DNA of 64,000 bases from Eledone cirrhosa (taxonomy: Eukaryota), in the NCBI GenBank assembly GCA_964016885.1, contig OZ024742.1, forward strand, positions 118,730,001-118,794,000, given 5' to 3'. The stretch's first letter is position 1; each line of letters starts with the position of its first letter. The notes below the pieces were generated by a model. That model searched no databases and was not told where the DNA came from. It was given only the letters and a program-made list of their open reading frames with translations. A program made the translations under genes and the position numbers. Shown one piece after another: positions 54,614 to 64,000 of this stretch.

Positions 54614-55419
54614 TATACACACACACACACACACACATAGTCACTTATATGTATGAATTACTGTTGGCTTCTTGCTCACATTAATTTCTCCAAAATACGT
54701 AGAAATGTGTCTTTATAAGCAAAAACACTTGAATCACAAGGAAATAAAGTTACCACCGAAAATGTTCATTAATTATCTCATAAAACTCGTTTTTCCATAG
54801 ATTCTTACTATGGAGATATCAGCAGCCAGTATAGACGCGTACGCTGATATTTATTGCGAAAAGTAATCCCCTTAATATTTATAACTTCTAATTTCCCATC
54901 GCCCTTCCCTCTCCCATTCTTCTGTAAAGGTAGAGCCATTGCCTTTCCCTTTTTTTTCCCGTATTTATTCAGGAATATTTATATTTGATTAAATAAAGTC
55001 GGCTTTAGTATTTGCAGCTTCTTTACCTATATACACTACTATAATCAAATTTTTTTTAAAATTTAATTCTGTATCTGTTAATTTCCATTTTGACGTATTA
55101 TAACTGTTAATCATTGTGTGAAGAGATATGTTATTAACCAGATAGTCACTTTTCTCTTGAGAAAAACACGAATGTCTCACAAATTATTACTTCTCTTCTA
55201 TCAATCTATTTTGTGCGTCTATTTTTGGAATCAATACGTAGTAGTTACTTTAGATTATATACCTCCGCAGTTTTGACTGGACACTGCGGTTTTAGTATAA
55301 GTGTAAGTGCTTTCGGACTAAGAAAAACAGTATTACAAAGGAAGAGTATTAGGAATCAATAGCGAGAAAGAAGAAATTATTCAGAAATGGAGTTAAACCT
55401 GTTTATAGCTCCTCCCACT

Positions 55420-55470
55420 TCTCATGACGTAACCAATGACGGTATCATAATTTCACTGGCATGACACGCT
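55420..55470 (+). promoter_or_regulatory. Candidate promoter: TGACGTAA / CCAAT / TGACG cluster
   Basis: ATGACGTAACCAATGACGG in unique sequence about 220 nt upstream of an ATG and a consensus splice donor. Confidence 0.4.
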
Positions 55471-55657
55471 GCAAGTCTTTGCAGCAATTATCTGCTTTAA
55501 ATTATCCATCTAAATCTATTTTATAGTATTTAATCTAATTTCTTCTCCTAGAAGCAAACTACGTTTCATCGCTTTGCATCTATTTCAAGTTCCTATTATA
55601 TAAAAAAGTAATATGGACCTAAAGAAAAACGTTGATTGTTTCATTTCTCCCGCAAAC

Positions 55658-55695
55658 ATGGAGCTGAACAGCCATCAAACCGCAAATCATAAAAG
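55658..55695 (+). CDS. Candidate first coding exon or uORF start (MELNSHQTANHK, phase 2)
   Basis: CAAACATGG start context; consensus donor AAG|GTGAGT at 55696. No downstream coding exon identified. Confidence 0.35.
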
Positions 55696-56285
55696 GTGAG
55701 TATCCTTTGAAATCTATTTCTCACTAACTCTATAATAATAGTATATTATTGCATCATACTCTGTACCTTTACTGTCTTAATAACTACAAATAGAATATGT
55801 TTACTTATTGCATGAAATTACAAAACTGACTTAATTTACTGACGCGAATGTTTTGAAAATATGAACCGCAGGCATAAAAGAATGAATTAAATAAAATGCC
55901 CTACTCGATGAAAGGGACTGGGGATTTTAATTTAAATGTCGGAATATCGTTCTTCATTCTTATTCAATAAATACGATTTTTATTAAAAGAAATTACTTGC
56001 ATCGTTAATTTAAAAATTATTACTACTACTATTTTTATTTCTATATTTCATCAATCTTATTCAATAAGTACCATTTTTATTAAAAGAAATCACCAACATC
56101 GTCATTAATAAAAAAAAAAAAAATTGCTATTATTATTTCTGTTTTTCTATTTTTTGTGTTTGTTTTTAATAAAAATTAAAGAAACTGTTTGGCAAGGGCA
56201 ATGGATTGAAAAAATCAGTTGAATATTGGAAAGAAAAAAAAAAGGTTTTGCGGTAATAGTTACGTCTCTACGTGCCCAAGATTAA

Positions 56286-56344
56286 ATCGAATAAGATCGA
56301 CTGCTTGTCATTTTTCTTGTGGGCGATATATATATATATATATC

Positions 56345-56383
<39 letters not shown>

Positions 56384-56480
56384 CCCACAATGTCATTTTT
56401 CTTGTGGGCTGTGGGCGATATATATATATATATATATATCGCCCACAAGAAAAATGACAAGCAGTCAATCTTATTCGATT
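56286..56480. repeat. Nested fold-back repeat around (TA)n tracts
   Basis: AATCGAATAAGAT...GTGGGCGATA is mirrored by TATCGCCCAC...ATCTTATTCGATT, with partial internal copies. Confidence 0.85.
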
Positions 56481-56555
56481 ATATCGATTATATATATATA
56501 TATATATACTCTTTTACCTGTTCCAACTGTCCGGCCGAGGCCTTGCTGGGGCACC

Positions 56556-56638
<83 letters not shown>

Positions 56639-56989
56639 ATGTATATACAGAGGCGGTGGAAACACTTCTGAATTGGAGGGGTGGATGGCAAATTTAGTCA
56701 ATTTAGTTGTGGTGATGCACTCTAAAATGATCAGAAAACTTCGATATGCGATAAACAGAATGTACATAAATTGCAGTGCATATACAAATAGATGTGCGTT
56801 TTGGTAATTTGGGGAGAAAATTATTTTGCGGGAATATGCCCCCCCCCCCTTCCCGTTCCATCGCCCTTGATATATATATATATATATCTATATATATATA
56901 TATATATATATATAACGAAGGAAATGTGGTAAGGAACCAGGTGGACCATAACGCACCAAAGTACTCAATACTTGGGGTAGTAGAGTGGG

Positions 56990-57111
56990 TAATAGGAACC
57001 AGTAAGACCCCGACAGCTGAGCTCAAGCCGTTTCGACGGCTAATTTTTAGTCCAGAATTAGCCGTCGAAACGGCTTGAGCTCAGCCGTCGGGGTCTTACT
57101 GGTTCCTATTA
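56990..57111. repeat. 56-bp-arm palindrome made of hammerhead 3' halves
   Basis: Arms 56990-57045 and 57056-57111; the right arm reads GTC-GAA-ACGGCT tgagctc AGCCGT-C-GGGGTC; no CTGANGA present. Confidence 0.75.
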
Positions 57112-57130
57112 TCCTATTACCTTACTGATT

Positions 57131-57177
<47 letters not shown>

Positions 57178-57253
57178 GTATATAAATATATATCTGTGTT
57201 TGTGTATTGCTCTTATACTAAAGGATATATGCGCTTTATAGTTATATACATTG

Positions 57254-57284
<31 letters not shown>

Positions 57285-57774
57285 TACACGGTATAATCGG
57301 CCAACACTAGTATATTGATTGAATGGACACAGCTGGATCGACGCGTTTGCTATGATATATTTTTTCTTATTTTGTCCACCGTCTGCCATGGAACGCCCCA
57401 AATATTCTTTCTAAATTTAATAACAAAATAATGAAATTACGCACACACACATTTATATATATTGCGGCACTTGGTGGTGAATTGCCCCCCCCCCCCTCTT
57501 TTATTTTTCCTTTATAATTTTTTTCCTTTATCATTCCTGTTCAATGAGTTATACAAATGCTATTTTCATAATAAAGCTATTCATTTTTCGTTCACAATAT
57601 ATATATATATATAATATATGCTTCATATGCACGCACACACATACACACACACACACATATATTTGTATGTGTATATATGAATATGATGCATATATATATG
57701 TGTGTGTGTATGATGCATATATAATATATGCGTATGTGTGTATATATATATATGTATATGTATATATATGTGTG

Positions 57775-57807
<33 letters not shown>

Positions 57808-57837
57808 TTATATATATATATGTGTGTATATATATAT

Positions 57838-57884
<47 letters not shown>

Positions 57885-57901
57885 TATATATATGTATATA
57901 T

Positions 57902-58456
57902 ATATTCATTAGTTAAGCAAAGACAAGCCCACAAATTTCACAAGGAAGACGTTATTTAAAGAAAGTCAACAGTTTCAGTATATGTGAGGAATAAGGAGTG
58001 TAATTATAATAATTAGTGTAATTATAGTTTAATGTAAGGAATGTTAATTGTTTCTAATTTAGGCACAAGGCCAGCAAATTTTTTAAGGGGAAGGAAAAGT
58101 CGAATAAATCGACCTCAGCGCATTACTGGTGCTTTATTTTATCGACCCCATAAGGATGAAAGGCAAAGTTAACCTCGGCGGGATTAACTTTGCCTTTCAT
58201 CCTTACGGTTACGGGGTCGATAAAATAAAGCACCAGTAATGCGCTGAGGTCGATTTATTCGACTTTTCCTTCCCCTTAAAAAATTTGCTGGCCTTGTGCC
58301 TAAATTAGAAACAACATTCCTTACATTAAACTATAATTACACTAATTATTATAATTACACTCCTTATTCCTCACATATACTGAAACTGTTGACTTTCTTT
58401 AAATAACGTCTTCCTTGTGAAATTTGTGGGCTTGTCTTTGCTTAACTAATGAATAT
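57902..58456. repeat. Near-perfect inverted repeat, about 270-bp arms, centred in a Nin-type SINE
   Basis: 57902-58172 versus 58184-58456; 11-nt loop; a few small indels. Confidence 0.95.
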
Positions 58457-58614
58457 TTCCAGCTGTGTGCACCTAATCTCTGCACGAAGCCTGCCTTCCA
58501 CTGCTTATTGTATATTGAGCACATGCCTTTACGCTTTTGGCTTCTAACAAATTCACCAATCTCTCTTCTCGCCTATATCCGTCTCCCCCTTTAAGATTGG
58601 TTTACTCTTGAACT

Positions 58615-59057
58615 GTGTATGTGTATATATATATATGTATGTGTGTGTGTGTGTATATATACGTATATATATATATGTATGTATATATATATGTGTATGT
58701 ATGTACATATATATATATGTGTATGTATATATATATGTATGTATATATATATATATGTGTGTGTATGTATATATATATATGTGTATGTATATATATGTGT
58801 ATATGTATATATATATGTGTATATGTATATATATATGTGTATATGTATATATATATGTGTATATGTATATATATATATGTGTATATGTATATATATATGT
58901 ATATATATATATATGTATATATATATGTATATATGTATATATATATGTATATATATATATATGTATGTATGTATATATATACATATATATATGTGTATAT
59001 ATGTATATATATATATATATGTGTATATATGTATATATATATATATGTGTATATATG

Positions 59058-59095
<38 letters not shown>

Positions 59096-59130
59096 TATGT
59101 GTGTATATATGTATATATATATATACATAC
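58615..59130. repeat. Compound (TA)/(TG) microsatellite
   Basis: About 500 bp of alternating purine-pyrimidine sequence; many other (TA)n, (CA)n and (GA)n tracts occur from 23 kb onward. Confidence 0.95.
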
Positions 59131-59142
59131 GGACAGAGTAAT

Positions 59143-59356
59143 GTTTTTTTTTAATGTAGCAATCTATAAATGTAGAGTGCTCATGCTTAATATTTTAAAT
59201 ATGTCCCTATTAGTTCATTGTATTTGGAACATTAGCGTCCCTAAATCTAACGTTTCGAGATTTTCATTGCACCATCTTCGTTGGTGACGCATTGTTCACG
59301 TGCTTTGCGGAGGTCGCAAAGGTTCATGGGAAATAAAGAAAAATCTAGAACACCAG

Positions 59357-59413
<57 letters not shown>

Positions 59414-59731
59414 CCACACACCCACACGCATATATATACATGTGTGTGTGTATATATATGTGTGTGTGTATATATATACAAGGCCTATGAGAAGGGGTGT
59501 CCAGCTGGTTCTTTGCTCCAGGGGCCCAAGAGGTAAGAAGGCCCTACAACAACCATGCAACCTCCATTTTGAGAAAAATCTTTGCCTGCTTCGGGTCCCA
59601 AAGATGTCTTGTACCACCTTGTGAAATTTTTCTTGGAGGCTCTGTGTATATATATTCACAATCATTAGGTGCAATTATGCAATCATGGGGATATGTCACT
59701 GGTCATGTATTATCATCTTGTTGGGATGCTA

Positions 59732-59800
<69 letters not shown>

Positions 59801-60445
59801 ATGTAGGCGTTGTATTTAATTTGTTGGAATTCCGACAAACATAAATACTTGGTTGCCCTTGAAATATATATAATAAAATAAATAAATATGGTTTTATAAA
59901 TATAGTTTCCATTTATTATTATCTTGGTATATATATATATATATATATATATATGCAGATCATCATCTTCATCATCATCATCGTTTAATGTGTATCTTCC
60001 ACGCTACCATGGGTTTAGACAGGAATTGTCCCACTTGAGGCAAGATTGGTTGTCTCGCTCGTATGGGACTGTCTGGCAGGTTTTCTATGGCTGGATGCCC
60101 TTCCTAACACCAACCACGTTTTAAATATATATATATATATATGTGATGCATACATACATTCATACATACATACATACATAAAGAGACAGTGCTGACTAGG
60201 TAATATGGGTTTTTTTTAATGTAGCAATCCATAAATGTAGAGTGCTCATGCTTAATATTTTAAATATGTCCCTATTAGTTCATTGTATTTGGAACATTAG
60301 CGTCCCTAAATCTAACGTTTCGAGATTTTCATTGCACCATCTTCGTAATATCAATGATAGTATTGGTGACGCATTGTTCACGTGCTTTGCGGAGCTCGCA
60401 AAGGTTCATGGGACATTCAGAAAAATCTAGAATGCCAGATTTTAT
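59143..60445. repeat. Local direct duplication (59143-59362 and 60208-60443)
   Basis: Near-identical blocks of about 220 bp; the second has extra TAATATCAATGATAGTA. Confidence 0.85.
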
Positions 60446-60484
60446 ACATACACACACACACACACACGCATATACACATATGTG

Positions 60485-60628
<144 letters not shown>

Positions 60629-60774
60629 CGGTCACCTGACCCAACTTGCCTCTAATGAGACAAACCCGTCTAACCCATGCTAGAGTGGAAAATAGACGTT
60701 AAATGATGATATATGTATGTGTGTGTGTGAATATGTGTATAAATATAATGTATATATATATGTGTATATTTGCA

Positions 60775-61068
60775 TAAGGCTTAGTGGTTAGAGAGTTGGG
60801 CTTGCAAACGTGAGGTTGTGAGTTTGATTCTCAGACCGGATGGTGCGTTGCGTCCTTGAGCAAAACACCTTATTTCATGTTGCTTGAGTTTTTTCGGCTG
60901 TAGAAATGAGTTACGTCACTAGTGCGAAACTGTATGAGCCTTAGCCTTTCCCTTGGACAATGGTGGCATGGAGAGTGGAGACTGGTATGCATGGATGACT
61001 AGTGATCTTCCACAAACAACCTTGCCTGGAATTGTGTCTCAAAGGAGAGCTTTCTAGGTGCAAATCCC
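60775..61068 (+). mobile_element. tRNA-derived SINE
   Basis: GGCTTAGTGGTTAGAG A box, GAGTTTGATTC B box-like segment and CCTTGAGCAAAACAC core. Confidence 0.8.
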
Positions 61069-61113
61069 TTTATGTGTATATATATATATATTCATATATA
61101 TATATATATATCT

Positions 61114-61145
<32 letters not shown>

Positions 61146-61899
61146 ATGTGTGTGTGTATATATATGTATATATGTGTGTGTGTATACATATATAGTACAC
61201 ACACACACACACATTTGTTGCGGCGTATATTAAGAATTTGGTTTTCAATTTGGTTTTCTCCTCAGAATAACAATACTCACTTTTTAGCCTTAATAAAAAT
61301 GAATATATATGTAATATACTTCCCTCCATTATTTTTGTCTTGTGTCTATGTTTGAAATAATTATTTGTACAGATGCATTATCAAAGACTTAGACCTAGAA
61401 CTCGTGATTTCTTTGCATTATTTACTACTAGCTTTCTTTTAAATGCAGTTAGATATTGTAGGCAAATACATCACTTACATATTAAATATTTGAAGTTTAT
61501 TCAACCTAGTTAAAACAATTTAAATAATGTTAAATTTATTGACAAATTATAAAGAAATAAAATAGAATAACAAATTTTTGGAATAACCCTCTCTCCCCAT
61601 ATTAACTTTTTAAAAACTTTTTTGAAAAAAATTTTGTATTTCAACGTTTTAACCATTAGAGATCACAAAACTCCAAAACATTCAAAATTTCAATTTTTGA
61701 AAATATTTTCCCTTTTTTGCTTTTCGAAAATAAATAAGTTTTGTTTCAGTGTGGATTTTTAACCCTTCCCTATACACATTTGTTTTGAATTTTTCAATAA
61801 ATAACTTGTTTTATATGCAAAAAAAACATAAGCTTTTAACTGATTCTTGTCTCAGTACTGAGTGAGTAATTACCACTATTTAAAAATCCAGAAACATGT

Positions 61900-62215
61900 A
61901 TTCCATTGTCCCTGGCTACAGAGACCAAAGACACCCAAGCCCTTGACAGCAACCAGCTCGAAAAGGATGTAGTCAGTGAAGTCCCAGTATTTAGCTATCT
62001 TCTTTGTGTTGTGAGATGTGGTGCCAAGGTTGGAGGGGGAAGAATGTCTTGCAACACATGTTGTCCCAGATTAGAGATTTACCTCCCTCAAATGAGAAGA
62101 AGGTTATTTTGTCTGGCCACTTACCATCACTTCAGTTGAGGCCAGCAGGCTTCAATTGTGACAAGAAACTGGCCACGTCAAGACTCCTGATGGCATTCAA
62201 GGCAATATGTTAAGG
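61900..62215 (-). mobile_element. CRE-type retrotransposon endonuclease fragment
   Basis: Minus strand PAGLN*SDGKWPDKITFFSFEGGKSLIWD, homologous to 18245-18345. Confidence 0.7.
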
Positions 62216-62704
62216 GAACTGACAACAGCTGTTCTCAAATCTAGGTTCTATTAAATCAACAACAACCCTTTTTCTTTCATTTCTTAAAAGAAAACAAGAT
62301 ACTATAAATAAACATCTAGAATTGTTGGAACAATGTTACTTATTTTGTTTTCTCTTTTTTTCTCTTTGCTTTTGCAGATGTTAACTATACACTCACATTA
62401 ACTATACATTAATATACATTAACAAATTATTTTTAATATGAGTGATACAACTACTAGCAATATATTACAGATTTATTATAAATGCTCATAACATTTTACA
62501 TGTATTAACAATTGAGCAAAGCTGCCACTGATTACTATGTTACCCAACATACCAAGTAAAAGGAAATAACAGATTGTAGGCTTAGCAGTATGTCCCTTGC
62601 ACATGAAGTGATACAATGAGATAGTATCATTTTACTAACAATGCTTGGGTTTGACTTTTGTGTCAGTGTTAAGATTTTCTAACCAGTTAACTATTTTAAA
62701 CAAT

Positions 62705-62960
62705 GGTTGCAGCATGCAGGAGAGAAGACTTTGATGGTATGGATGTGTGATATGTATGAAGATTGACAGCTGCATAAAGAAATACAGAGCTCTTGAAGTC
62801 AAAGGAACCTTTGAAAGGAGAAGACCTAGGAAAATGTGGGATGATGTGGTGAAGGCTGATCTCATACAGCTGAATCTCACAAAGGAAATGACCCAGGACT
62901 GAGAAAACTGGGGATATTATGTAATATGGAGAACTTGCCTTCCCATGCAAGTAGAATGAA
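62705..62960 (+). mobile_element. Decayed RTE LINE 3' end
   Basis: MQERRL*WYG...RRRPRKMWDDVVKADL...LTKEMTQD. Confidence 0.75.
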
Positions 62961-63799
62961 GCAGCACAAAGAGAATAGCAAAATGCATACCTCCCTCTAC
63001 CCTAAAGCTGAAAAAGCAGGGAGATGATACAGCACTCAGTCCCACTACCACCACCACCTGCCAGTATACTTCTGAATTCCCTCCAGCATGCATGCCGCTG
63101 ATCCCCTTCTCCACCCTAAACCTGAAGAAGCAGAGAGATAGAACAACTGTCAGGTCCTCACATGCTAGTATACACCTGACATCTTCACCCAACCCTTGCT
63201 GCCATGGAAAGCTAGACTGTACCTTGACTTATAACCCCCCCCCCCCCCTAAACTCTTGTGCCTCCAACACTTTCCCACCTTAGGAAAGCCTGGCACACCC
63301 CAGAATATGTCAGTCATCATCCACTTGCTTGAAGGCCATCACCATGATGCACCTCCCTCCAGTAGTGCAATGTCTCTACCTCAGTCCCAACCTTACCAAT
63401 GCATCCTGAGATAGTGCTGGTGCTATGATGAAAAGCACCTAGTCCACTCTGTAAAATTGGTAGTACCGGTGTCATGATAAAATTCTCCCAGTATATGCTG
63501 TAAATGGTTGGTGTTAGGAAGGGCATCCAACCATAGAAAACATGCTCCCAATACATGCTGTAAAGGGGTCAGCATTAGGAAAGACATCCAGCCGTAGAAA
63601 CCAAGCCAAAACAATGTAGGAGCATGACCTAGTCACCTGATGCAACTCCAGATGGAGTTGTAGGGGTGCAGTAATGACATATGACGAGTCTTGTGCATTT
63701 TAAGCCTGGCAGAGCCCATCCCCTCTCCAGGTCTGAACACAGTAGATTTCTTCCATAGAAGGAGTGAAAGGGACAGAGAGGAAATGAGGAAGAATCAAC

Positions 63800-63950
63800 T
63801 CCAGTATTGGACAGGTACTTTCTTTATCGACCTTGAAAGGATGAAAGTGTAAAGTTGACCTTGGCAGGATTGGAAGTCAGACTGCATATAGCTGGAACAA
63901 ATACTGCAAAGTATTCTATTCAACATTCTACAGATTCTGACAGTTCACCG
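63800..63950 (-). mobile_element. Nin/Deu-domain-type SINE remnant
   Basis: GGTACTTT.TTTATCGACC...AGGATGAAAG core. Confidence 0.6.
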
Positions 63951-64000
63951 ATATTTTAAAGAAAGGTGTCTCTGTTCCCAATATACTGTCTGTAAACACA

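Overview
Very AT-rich, microsatellite-laden animal genomic DNA. The repeat repertoire suggests an octopod cephalopod; this is inference only. Host coding content is sparse: the terminal exon of an Ajuba/LIMD1/WTIP-family LIM gene (1133-1606), a candidate small basic ORF (21965-22216, -), an unexplained GC-rich structured island (~21020-21290) and a candidate promoter plus first exon (~55420-55701). Most of the rest is decayed transposons: mariner, Tigger/pogo, hAT, Chapaev3-like, piggyBac-type MITE, Helitrons (including a head-to-tail trimer), RTE/CR1/CRE LINEs, tRNA-derived SINEs, a Gypsy LTR element and Penelope-like (PLE) pieces. The main unannotated signal is a dense set of type I hammerhead ribozymes: 7 copies with complete catalytic cores from 4 sequence families, plus several decayed or half copies. 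They include a divergent inverted pair carrying the U3-A8 compensatory core variant and a second inverted pair with an AUA site, mostly next to (TA)n tracts. All structures were read by eye; no database searches or folding programs were run.
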